This document shows positions 24,738 through 33,284 of a stretch of 41,197 bases of DNA, piece by piece. Numbering within the stretch: position 1 is the stretch's first letter; each line of letters starts with the position of its first letter. The DNA is from Gemmatimonadaceae bacterium. GTDB taxonomy: Bacteria; Gemmatimonadota; Gemmatimonadetes; Gemmatimonadales; Gemmatimonadaceae. Made by a program: the position numbers and the translations under genes. The notes beneath the pieces were generated by a model. It searched no databases. It was not told the DNA's origin and saw only the letters and a program-made list of their open reading frames with translations. The DNA lies in contig JBBDYA010000111.1 in the NCBI GenBank assembly GCA_040902005.1, forward strand, positions 1-41,197, given 5' to 3'.

Positions 24738-27401
24738 TTACGCCGACTCGGACAGCGCCAGGACGGGCGACACTCTTGCCGCACGGCGCGCCGGGAGGAA
24801 CGCGGCGCCGGTAGCGGCCAGCAGCAGCACCAGCGCGCCCAGTCCAAACGTGAGCGGATCGCGCGCCTGGATCTCGAACAGCATGGACCCGAACGCCCTG
24901 GTCGCCCACCACGCGAGCACGGCACCGAGCGCCACGCCGGCCACAGCCAGCGTCAACGCCTGGCGCACCACGAGGCCGATGACGCTGTAGCGCGACGCGC
25001 CCAGTGCAATCCGAACGCCGATCTCGTGCGTCCGCTGGCTCACGAAGAACGCGATCACGCCATAGATGCCGATCGCGGCCAGAACCAGGCCCGTGAAGCC
25101 GAGGAGCGTGAGCAGCATCGTGCTGAAACGGCGCTGCGCCGTGGATTGCGCCAGCACCTCCCCCATGGGTTGCAGGTGAAACAGCGGGAGCGTTGCGTCG
25201 AAGCGCTTCACGGCGGCGCGCAGCGCCGGCCCAAGAGTCGCCTCTGCGCGCTCGTCCGCCTTCACTACGATCGTCATGTTCCGCTGGTGCGCGTTCCACC
25301 AGGCCTGGTTCGCCTGGGCGGCGGGCGCGTACAGCTCCGCTGGGATAGTCTGGTCCTGGCCGAATGCGCGGATGTCCGCCACCACGCCCACGATCTCGCG
25401 CCACTCCGGCTCCGGGCCGTTCTGCCATCCTGAGACGCGCTTGCCGATCGGGTCTTCGTTGGGAAAGAACGACTGCGCGTACGTCTCGTTGACGACGATG
25501 GCGCGCGGCGCATTCGGCTGATTGTCCAATTCGCCGAGATACCGGCCGCGCCGCAGGGAAATGCCGAGGGTCTCGAAATACCCTGGCGTCACGATGCGCA
25601 TGTGCCCCACGGCCATCTGCTCGGTGCCACGTCCTTCCACCTGCATACCGAAATCGATGCTGATGCCCCACATGGGCACGCGCGTCCCCGCACCGGCGGC
25701 AACCACGCCCGGGATCGATCGCACTTCGTCGAGGAGCGTGTTGAAGGCGCGCACCACCGTTGTTGCGCTGTCGTAGCGATCCGGTGGAAGGGCCACCCGC
25801 ATCATGGTCACGTGGGACGGATCGAAGCCGATCTGCACGCGCTGCAATCGCTGTGCGCTGCGCAGGAAGAGCCCGGCGCTCACCAGCAGCACCAGCGCCA
25901 CCGCGATCTCCGCGACGATGAGCCCTGCGCGCATCCGGTCGCGCACCACGGTGCGCGAGCCGCGTCCGCCGTCCCGCAGCTCCGCCTGGAGATCGAGCCG
26001 AGTGGCCCGGAGTGCAGGCGCCAGCCCGAAGAGCACGCCGCAGGCGAGTGTGGCCAGCGCGGCAAATCCCAGCACATCCAGCTGTAGCCCCGCTTCCGCG
26101 AGGCGCGGTATGAACGCCGGTCCCGTGCCTACCAGGAAGGACACGCCGACACGCGCGACCAGCACGCCCAGCGCACCGCCCACGATGGCGAGCAGCACGC
26201 TCTCCGTGAGCAGCTGCCGCACCAGGCGGCTGCGCGCGCCGCCAAGCGCGCCACGGATGGCGATCTCCTTGCGCCGCGTGCTGGCCCGCGCCAGCAGCAG
26301 GCTGGCGACGTTGACGCATCCGATCAACAGCACAAAAACCACGGCGCCGAGCAGCACCCAGAGCTGCGTGCGATAGTCGCCGATGAGCACTTCGTTGAAC
26401 GCCGTCACGTCAGCGCCGCGCTCCTTCATTTCGTTCGGCACCCGCCGGCGGATGTCCTCCGTGACGCGCTCGACGTCGGCGCGCGCCTGCTGCTCCGTGA
26501 CCCCCGGCTGGAGCCGTGCCGCCACCTGGAACGTGTGCGCGCCGTAGTTGATGCGCTGCTCGGGCGTGAAGGTGAGAATCGTCCAGAGTCGTGCATCGTA
26601 CGGGGTGAGCGAATACGCCTTCGGCGCCACGCCGACCACGGTGTGCGCCGCACCGTTGAGCCTGATCTGCCGGCCGACGATGCCGGCCTCGCCGGCGAAC
26701 TGGTTCTGCCACACATCGTGGCTGAGCACCGTCACGCGCGATGCTTCCGTTTCGTGCGCCAGGAAGTAACGGCCCAGCGTGGCGGGCATTGAGAAGACGT
26801 CGAAGTAGGCGGGGGTGACGCGCAGTCCGACGAGCCGAGCGGGATCGCCCTCCGTGAGATTGTACGTCTGCCCCTGCGAGGCCGCCGTGGCTGCAAACGA
26901 CCGCGTCTGCTCCGTCCAGTCGTGAAAGTGACCGGGCGAAACGCTGCCGCAGCAGTTGCCGCGATAGACCTCGCGCAGCATCACCACGCGGTCCGCGTCC
27001 TGATAGGGAAGGGGGCGCAGCAGCACGGCGTTAACCACGCTGAAGATGGAGGTCGTCGCGCCGATGCCGAGGGCGATGGTGAGCACGATCGCCGCGGTGA
27101 GCGATGGGCGCGTGCGCATGGTGCGCAGCGCGTAGATGGTGTCCTGTGTCAGCACCTCGAGCGTTTCCATCCGGCGCATCTGGCTCTCCCGTTCGGCCGC
27201 CTCTGTGAGGCAGTGTTCGCGAACCTGGTCAATGTTTCCAAAGCGCCGCATTGCTTCGTCGTGTGCTGCGGCGGGATGCATCCCGCGCGCGACGAGGTCG
27301 TCCACGCGCTCCTGGACGTGGAACGCCAGCTCATCGTCGAAGTCCCCGCGGACGTCCGACCGCCAGAAACGCAGGTACCGCCGCCAGTTCGGCGCGGTCA
27401 C
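24738..27401 (-). CDS. ADOP-like duplicated ABC permease with N-terminal prefix domain
   Basis: GTG 27401 (GTGA overlap with padR stop); WRRYLRFWRSDVRGDFDDELAFHVQERVDDLVARGM; standard motifs; 887 aa. Confidence 0.92.
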   Translation of the reverse strand: MTAPNWRRYLRFWRSDVRGDFDDELAFHVQERVDDLVARGMHPAAAHDEAMRRFGNIDQVREHCLTEAAERESQMRRMETLEVLTQDTIYALRTMRTRPSLTAAIVLTIALGIGATTSIFSVVNAVLLRPLPYQDADRVVMLREVYRGNCCGSVSPGHFHDWTEQTRSFAATAASQGQTYNLTEGDPARLVGLRVTPAYFDVFSMPATLGRYFLAHETEASRVTVLSHDVWQNQFAGEAGIVGRQIRLNGAAHTVVGVAPKAYSLTPYDARLWTILTFTPEQRINYGAHTFQVAARLQPGVTEQQARADVERVTEDIRRRVPNEMKERGADVTAFNEVLIGDYRTQLWVLLGAVVFVLLIGCVNVASLLLARASTRRKEIAIRGALGGARSRLVRQLLTESVLLAIVGGALGVLVARVGVSFLVGTGPAFIPRLAEAGLQLDVLGFAALATLACGVLFGLAPALRATRLDLQAELRDGGRGSRTVVRDRMRAGLIVAEIAVALVLLVSAGLFLRSAQRLQRVQIGFDPSHVTMMRVALPPDRYDSATTVVRAFNTLLDEVRSIPGVVAAGAGTRVPMWGISIDFGMQVEGRGTEQMAVGHMRIVTPGYFETLGISLRRGRYLGELDNQPNAPRAIVVNETYAQSFFPNEDPIGKRVSGWQNGPEPEWREIVGVVADIRAFGQDQTIPAELYAPAAQANQAWWNAHQRNMTIVVKADERAEATLGPALRAAVKRFDATLPLFHLQPMGEVLAQSTAQRRFSTMLLTLLGFTGLVLAAIGIYGVIAFFVSQRTHEIGVRIALGASRYSVIGLVVRQALTLAVAGVALGAVLAWWATRAFGSMLFEIQARDPLTFGLGALVLLLAATGAAFLPARRAARVSPVLALSESA

Positions 27402-27736
27402 GCGGGGGAAGGCTGACGGGTGCTCAGGATGCGCGCCACGGCGGACGCGAAGTCCTGCCACATGGCGACGCTGGCGGCGAGTGCCTTGCGTCCCTGCGGC
27501 GTGAGCCGGTAGTACTTCGCCTTGCGGTTCTTCTCCGAGAGCCCCCACTCGGCCTTGATCCATCCCTTGCGCTCCAGGCGGTAGAGCGCGGGATAGAGGG
27601 AGCCTTCCTCGATTCGGAGGGCGTCGCCCCCGTGCTGCTCCAGCCAGCGGCCGATGCCGTAGCCGTGCATGTGACCCCAGGAGAGGGTCTTGAGAATCAT
27701 GACCTCCAGGGTGCCGTGGAGCAGTTCGGTTTTCAT
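27398..27736 (-). CDS. PadR-family regulator (acidobacterial type)
   Basis: LLHGTLEVMILKTL, HGYGIGRW, EEGSLYPALYRLE, SEKNRKAKYYRLT. Confidence 0.93.
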   Translation of the reverse strand: MKTELLHGTLEVMILKTLSWGHMHGYGIGRWLEQHGGDALRIEEGSLYPALYRLERKGWIKAEWGLSEKNRKAKYYRLTPQGRKALAASVAMWQDFASAVARILSTRQPSPA

Positions 27737-27746
27737 GGCGCAGTGG

Positions 27747-27802
27747 TCCCCTTGATTATCTAGGGAGCAATATTCATTGCTTCCCTTAGATAGTCAAGGG
27801 GT
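27747..27802 (-). promoter_or_regulatory. Two 21-bp PadR operator-like dyads
   Basis: TCCCCTTGATTATCTAGGGAG (27747-27767) and TCCCTTAGATAGTCAAGGGGT (27782-27802, contains minus-strand TTGACT). Confidence 0.7.
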
Positions 27803-27895
27803 GGCTAGCGCCGCCACCAGGCCGGCGGTGATCCCCGCGAACGCCACCTGCCAACAGCAGCAGACTGTGCACGGCGAACTCCAGGAACGGGTTCC

Positions 27896-28525
27896 TTATC
27901 CACCTTCAATGGCGCGTGCGCGCGAGTGGCGTGTGTCGTAGTAGTGATTCTGGCCTTCATCCTGGTACTCGCCAACCAGCATGAGGCCTGCCTCCCGGAG
28001 CGCGGCCTTGTACTCCTCGGCTCCCAGAGAATGCGACTCACGGCCCGTCAGTACGTCTGTCCAGGCGCACACCTGCGCGGGCGAGGTGAACAGAAATCTA
28101 CCGTCGGGGTTCAGCGCCGCGCCGACCTTGCGAATGAGGTGGCGTTGCAATTCGGGGGGCAGCAGAAAGAGCAACCCTACCGCGATCACGCCGTCGAACG
28201 TTCGACCAAAGAAACGTGAATCCTCGACCGCTTCGCAGGCGACATGCGCATGAGGCAATCGGCGGCGAAACGACGCAGTCAGACTTGCCGAAGCATCTAT
28301 GCCATACACCGCGAATCCATCGTTGTTTAGCGCCGTCGCGATCGGCACCCCAGATCCGCAGCCGAGGTCGAGGATGGCACCGCCTGGCGAGAGCCCTCGA
28401 GCCCACAGTCGGACCGCTGCGACACCGATGTTCGACAGCTCACGCCGTCGCATGAACTCCGGGGCGACTGCCTCGTAGCCGTTCGATGGGTCCCCATCCG
28501 CCGCGTCGTTGGTTGCTGTGCTCAC
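27896..28525 (-). CDS. Class I SAM-dependent methyltransferase
   Basis: ILDLGCGSG, YGIDAS, FDGVIAVG, LNPDGRFLFT; GTG 28525 with GGAGA RBS (alternative ATG 28552). Confidence 0.88.
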   Translation of the reverse strand: MSTATNDAADGDPSNGYEAVAPEFMRRRELSNIGVAAVRLWARGLSPGGAILDLGCGSGVPIATALNNDGFAVYGIDASASLTASFRRRLPHAHVACEAVEDSRFFGRTFDGVIAVGLLFLLPPELQRHLIRKVGAALNPDGRFLFTSPAQVCAWTDVLTGRESHSLGAEEYKAALREAGLMLVGEYQDEGQNHYYDTRHSRARAIEGG

Positions 28526-28579
28526 GATTCTCCGCTTTGCGAACTCATACAACTACCTTCGTCTCCTCGCCCCCGGAGT

Positions 28580-28607
28580 CAACCGATTTTCGCATCCCGT
28601 TGTCCTA
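28580..28607 (+). promoter_or_regulatory. Putative ECF-type promoter of the sigma operon
   Basis: CAACC-N16-TGTCCTA ending 10 nt before the ATG; AAC/GTC cores typical of ECF promoters. Confidence 0.45.
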
Positions 28608-28617
28608 CGGGGCAAGC

Positions 28618-29205
28618 ATGGAGACGGACGGCACCCTGGCCCTGGAGAGAGCCCACCAGCTCGCTGATCAGCGCGCGCTCGTCGAGCGCGCGCGGCAAGG
28701 TGACGCGTCCGCTCACCGTGCCCTGTACGACACGCACGTGGATCGGGTCTACCGGCTCACTTTCAGGCTGACCGGCATCGAGCACATCGCGCGTGAGTTG
28801 ACGCAGGACACCTTCGTTCGCGCCTTCGCCGCGCTCGGAGACTTTCGGGGTGACGCGGCGTTCGGAAGTTGGCTGCACAGGATCGCCGTATCGGTAACGC
28901 TGAACGAATTGAAACGACGCAAGCGAGAGCGGACGCGACACGTGCCGCTTGATGATGCAATGGCAACGCAGGAATCGCGACGAGTCTCCGATCCGATCCT
29001 GCGCCAGAAGCTGATGGCGGCGGTGAACGCACTGCCGGAGGGGTGCCGCGCCGTGTTCATGATGCACGACGCGGAAGGTTACACGCACGAGGAGATCGGC
29101 GCGCGGCTCGGCGTGTCGTCGGGGACTTCGAAAACGCAGCTCGCGCGGGCGCGCGGAAAGCTTCGTGTCGCACTCGCGCAGTTTGCGGAGGAATGGAAAC
29201 CATGA
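28618..29205 (+). CDS. ECF RNA polymerase sigma-70 factor
   Basis: LVERARQGD, ELTQDTFVRAF, FGSWLHRIAV, LPEGCRAVFMMHDAEGYTHEEIG..LGVSSGTSKTQLARAR. Confidence 0.93.
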   Translation: METDGTLALERAHQLADQRALVERARQGDASAHRALYDTHVDRVYRLTFRLTGIEHIARELTQDTFVRAFAALGDFRGDAAFGSWLHRIAVSVTLNELKRRKRERTRHVPLDDAMATQESRRVSDPILRQKLMAAVNALPEGCRAVFMMHDAEGYTHEEIGARLGVSSGTSKTQLARARGKLRVALAQFAEEWKP

Positions 29206-29933
29206 AGGATGACATGACGGACGACAGTTACGATTTCGGTGAGGACGACGGCGTCGTGCCGGCGAGCGACCCCCGCTTCGATGCGTGGATCGCGAAGGCG
29301 GCAGCGACCCTGAACGCTCCTGGCGCGATCCCGCGAGCCGAGATGTGGAGCGCCATCCAGGCGGCGCGGAACACGGCGCACGACGCGCAAGCGGGGCGGG
29401 TTCCCGGCGTGCTCCCGCTGCGCCGCAACCCGTGGCGCCTTGTGTCCGTGATCGCGGCCGCGCTGCTCCTGGGCGTTGCCTTCGACCGGTTGATCCTGGA
29501 GCGCGTCGAGCGGGCCGACGTGGCATCCGTACCGGCCGCCTCCACGGCTCCGACGGATACGAGCGACGTCTCACATCTATATAGAATGGTCGCCGGCCAG
29601 ACGTTGACCCAGGCGGAAGCACTGCTCACCGCCTATCGCGCCGGCGGCGTCGCAGAACGCGATCCGGCGACGGCGGCACAGATGGCACGCTGGGGGCGTG
29701 ACATCCTCGGCAGTACGCGTCTGCTCCTCGATTCCCCAGCCGGAAAGGACCCGCAGCTTCGCTCCCTGCTTCTCGATCTGGAGTTGGTGGTCGTGCAGAT
29801 CATCCTGCGCTCCGGAGCTCCGCTCGACGTGAGCGATCGCGGGCTGATCGATCGCGCGATCGAGGATCGCAACCTTCTTCCACGCATTCGCAGCGCGGTT
29901 CCCGCCGGCCCTATCGCCGCGGGCGCCGACTGA
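29202..29933 (+). CDS. Putative single-pass membrane anti-sigma factor
   Basis: ATGA overlap with the sigma stop; N-terminal PRAEMWSAI; one TM (LVSVIAAALLLGVAF); helical C-terminal domain. Confidence 0.65.
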   Translation: MKDDMTDDSYDFGEDDGVVPASDPRFDAWIAKAAATLNAPGAIPRAEMWSAIQAARNTAHDAQAGRVPGVLPLRRNPWRLVSVIAAALLLGVAFDRLILERVERADVASVPAASTAPTDTSDVSHLYRMVAGQTLTQAEALLTAYRAGGVAERDPATAAQMARWGRDILGSTRLLLDSPAGKDPQLRSLLLDLELVVVQIILRSGAPLDVSDRGLIDRAIEDRNLLPRIRSAVPAGPIAAGAD

Positions 29934-29946
29934 TGAGGACCGAATC

Positions 29947-31338
29947 ATGAATACAATGTTGTTTGGATTGGGTGCCGTCGTCCTTCTCGTTCTGGCGCCG
30001 TTCTCACGGGGAATGGATGTCCGCGCACTGGCCGCGCCATCCGTCGCGGCCACGCCGGGTGAGGAGGAACCCTTCGCGCAGACCCCACCGCCACCCTGGA
30101 CGCAGGAGGGGCCCGCCGACTCGCTCTACCGTCTGGGGCGCGAAGCGATCAATCGCGGCGACTTCCGCCGTGCCGCCGCGCTCTTCGCCGAGATCAGCGC
30201 CCAGCATCCGCGCTCGGACTACGCGCCAGACGCGCCCTACTGGCGCGCCTTCGCGCTCTACCGACTCGGTCGCGAGGACGATCTCCGCGAGGCGCTGAAG
30301 TCGCTCGAGGCCCAGACCTCGCGGTTTCCGCGGGCCGGTACGATCGCGGACGCACAGGAGTTGGCGATTCGCATTCGCGGCCAGCTCGCCCAGCAAGGTG
30401 ACGTGGCGTCTGCGGAGGAAGTCACGCGCGCCGCCCAGAGCCGCCCGTGTGTCCGCGACGACAACGACAGCGAGATTCGCGCGGCCGCCATGAATGCGCT
30501 GTTGCAGATGGATGCCGAGGGCGCGGTGCCGATCATCAAGCAAGTGCTTGCCAAGCGCGACGAGTGCTCGATCGCGCTGCGCGAGAAGGCCGTCTTCCTT
30601 CTGTCGCAGAAGCGGACACCGGAGACCGAGTCACTCCTCATCGACGTACTCACCAATGATCCGAGCCGGTCGGTACGCGAGCAGGCGGTGTTCTGGCTGG
30701 GACAGGTGCGCACGGAGCGGGCAGCGGCCGCGCTCGAGCGGATCGCGACGTCGTCGCCAGACATGGACATGCGGCAGAAGGCGATCCACGCGCTCCACGA
30801 GCACAACTCTCCCCGCGCGGCGACGGTTGTGCGTCGTCTCGCCGAGAGTGCGCAGACGCCGGAGCCGGTCCGCGAACAGGCGATCTTCTGGATCGGACAG
30901 CGGCGGTCGCAGGAGAACGCCGACTTCCTGCGTACGTTGTACGCGCAGCTCGGCCGCGACGACGAGATGAAGAAGAAGGTGATGTTCTCGCTGTCCCAGA
31001 TGCGCGGCCTCGGGAATGACCGCTGGCTGCTGGGCCACGCGCTCGACGCCTCGAATAGCGCCGACGTCCGCGGCCACGCGCTATGGACGGCGGGCCAGGC
31101 GGGGATCGCCGGATCCGAACTGGTGTCCGTGTACGACCGCCTCACGGACGCCGAGGTGAAGGAGAAGCTCATCTGGGTGATGTCGGAGTCACGCGATCGC
31201 GTCGCGACGGACAAGCTGGTGGAGATCGCACAGAAGGACCGCGACCCCGAGATGCGCAAGAAGGCAATGTTCTGGCTGGGGCAGAAGAACGATCCGCGCA
31301 TCCGGCAGATCCTGCTGGACATTCTCACCAAGCCGTGA
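29947..31338 (+). CDS. Exported TPR (BamD/YfiO-like) + HEAT-repeat protein
   Basis: Signal peptide; ADSLYRLGREAINRGDF...PRSDYAPDAPYWRAFALY; repeats REKAVFLLSQ, REQAVFWLGQ, RKKAMFWLGQ. Confidence 0.85.
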   Translation: MNTMLFGLGAVVLLVLAPFSRGMDVRALAAPSVAATPGEEEPFAQTPPPPWTQEGPADSLYRLGREAINRGDFRRAAALFAEISAQHPRSDYAPDAPYWRAFALYRLGREDDLREALKSLEAQTSRFPRAGTIADAQELAIRIRGQLAQQGDVASAEEVTRAAQSRPCVRDDNDSEIRAAAMNALLQMDAEGAVPIIKQVLAKRDECSIALREKAVFLLSQKRTPETESLLIDVLTNDPSRSVREQAVFWLGQVRTERAAAALERIATSSPDMDMRQKAIHALHEHNSPRAATVVRRLAESAQTPEPVREQAIFWIGQRRSQENADFLRTLYAQLGRDDEMKKKVMFSLSQMRGLGNDRWLLGHALDASNSADVRGHALWTAGQAGIAGSELVSVYDRLTDAEVKEKLIWVMSESRDRVATDKLVEIAQKDRDPEMRKKAMFWLGQKNDPRIRQILLDILTKP

Positions 31339-31343
31339 TTCCC

Positions 31344-32417
31344 ATGCGTCGATTCATCTCAGTCGGGCTGGCGCTGCTCGCCGCGGCGCCGCTGACAGCC
31401 CAGTCGATTGCCTCGCGCGTTTCGCAAGCGGCGGACGGCATCGTGCGCGTGCAGCTCGACAGCCGCGCCGGCGTGTGCGGCGATGGACGCGACGTCATCG
31501 GTTATCGACAGGCGCTGTTCGCGCGGAACTTCCAGTCCATCGGCGGGCGCTGGAGCGTTGAGCGCTGCGTGCCCGGCCCGCTGCGAGTCACTCTGACTGT
31601 GGCGCACGGGCAGGTCACGGAGGTGCGCACGCAGGTGGGCGGCGCATGGCCCGCTACGGGAGCGCGAGTCACTGACTTCGGCGTCGTGCCGCCGGTGGAA
31701 GCGTCGGCCTACTTCTTCTCGCTCGTGCCGCAGCTCGAGCGGTCGACAGGTCGCGACCGTCTGCTGCTTCCCGCGGTGCTCGCCGATGAGGCACCGGTGA
31801 TCCAGCCGCTCCAGGCGATAGCGCGCGACGATGCGCGAGCCCACACAACGCGGCAGCACGCGATCCAGTGGCTCGGTCTGCTCGGCGACACGAGCGCGCG
31901 GCGCGTACTGCACGCGATCATCGAGGACGATCGCGAAGCAATCCGTATCCGAACGCACGCGATCTTCTCGTTGGCGCATGGGGGCGATACGCCGGAATCC
32001 GAGTTCGCGTATCTGCGCACCCTGTATCCGCGACTGGCAGGGCTTGACCTCAAGGAATCCGTCATTCAGGGGATGCATCAGGACGAGGGCGCGGGGGGCC
32101 GCTGGCTGATCGAACTGGCCCTGGATGCCGGAGAGCCGCTTCGGCTGCGCAAGAGCGCCCTCTTCTGGGCGGGGCAGCGCGATGCGACGCCCACGGCGGA
32201 GCTGGTGCGGGCCTACCGAGAGGCGCGCGAGCGCAGCCTGCGTGAGCACGGGATCTTCGTGCTCTCACAGCGGAAAGACGAAACCGCCACCGCCGCGCTC
32301 CTGCGCATCGCTCGCGAGGACAACGACACGGAGATGCGCGGGAAGGCGCTCTTCTGGCTGGCGCAGAAGGACGATCCGCGCGTGCGAAAGCTCATCGCCG
32401 ATCTGGTACTGAGGTAG
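31344..32417 (+). CDS. Exported HEAT-repeat protein with unrecognised N-terminal domain
   Basis: ATG 31344 MRRFISVGLALLAAAPLTA-Q; repeats RKSALFWAGQ, RGKALFWLAQ. Confidence 0.83.
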   Translation: MRRFISVGLALLAAAPLTAQSIASRVSQAADGIVRVQLDSRAGVCGDGRDVIGYRQALFARNFQSIGGRWSVERCVPGPLRVTLTVAHGQVTEVRTQVGGAWPATGARVTDFGVVPPVEASAYFFSLVPQLERSTGRDRLLLPAVLADEAPVIQPLQAIARDDARAHTTRQHAIQWLGLLGDTSARRVLHAIIEDDREAIRIRTHAIFSLAHGGDTPESEFAYLRTLYPRLAGLDLKESVIQGMHQDEGAGGRWLIELALDAGEPLRLRKSALFWAGQRDATPTAELVRAYREARERSLREHGIFVLSQRKDETATAALLRIAREDNDTEMRGKALFWLAQKDDPRVRKLIADLVLR

Positions 32418-32419
32418 TC

Positions 32420-33205
32420 ATGCGTGCCCGATCGATGCTTGGCTGCGCGATCACGGCGTTTGCCGCGCTCTCCGGTCGCGCGGAGGCTCAGACGCTCGCC
32501 GATCGTATTGCGGCGGTGCGGGACGGAGTAGTCACCTTCCATTTCACCGCGCGCCCGAGCGTCTGTGGCGACGGTGAGCATTTCATCCGGATGGGGCGGT
32601 CGTATCACGGCTCCTTCCGGAGCGGCAGCCCGATGGAACCGTGCATGATCGGGCCGGTGGAGGTCCGCGCCACACTGGACAACGGCAGCGTCACGCGCGT
32701 GCAGTACTGGGTGGGTGCCCTGCGGCCACGAAACGCGCGCGACCTTGGCGCGGTTCCGGCGCCGGAGGCGGCGCGCTACCTGATGACGCTCGCGGCGCGC
32801 GGCGGCCCCGCCGCGAGCGCGAAGGCCATCGTGCCGGCGGTGCTGGCCGACAGCGCCATCGTCTGGCCAGCGCTTCTCACCGTCGCGCGCGACACGGAGA
32901 CGCGGTCGCGCGGCACGCGACAGGAAGCGATGCATTGGTTGTCGCGGTTCGCGAGCGGCGCCGTGGCCGGGCGTCCCAACGATCCGCTGGACTGGAACCA
33001 GGAACCCGCCACGGAGCAGGAGGACATGCAGGCGCATGCCGTGTTCGTGCTCTCTCAGCTCCCGCGCGGGGTCGGGATCACGGACCTGCTCGAAGTGGCG
33101 CGGTCGAACCGCAACCCGCGGGTGCGCGGTCATGCCCTGTTCTGGCTTGGCCAGAGCGGGGATCCGCGCGCGATCGGGCTTTACGAGTCCCTGTTGCGGT
33201 CATGA
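32420..33205 (+). CDS. Exported HEAT-repeat protein, paralogue of 31344-32417
   Basis: Signal peptide ending AEA-Q; VCGDG domain; HAVFVLSQ, RGHALFWLGQSGDPR. Confidence 0.83.
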   Translation: MRARSMLGCAITAFAALSGRAEAQTLADRIAAVRDGVVTFHFTARPSVCGDGEHFIRMGRSYHGSFRSGSPMEPCMIGPVEVRATLDNGSVTRVQYWVGALRPRNARDLGAVPAPEAARYLMTLAARGGPAASAKAIVPAVLADSAIVWPALLTVARDTETRSRGTRQEAMHWLSRFASGAVAGRPNDPLDWNQEPATEQEDMQAHAVFVLSQLPRGVGITDLLEVARSNRNPRVRGHALFWLGQSGDPRAIGLYESLLRS

Positions 33206-33284
33206 CGCAGACCCTTCTCGCCCACGAGGAGGGGAATTGCCGGTTCCAGCGCACACCAACCATGCGGAGGTTGATCGATACCGG

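Noticed and set aside
27805..27895. Possible membrane-protein gene remnant (minus strand WQVAFAGITAGLVAA)
   Set aside because: Too short, with no start and no recognisable family
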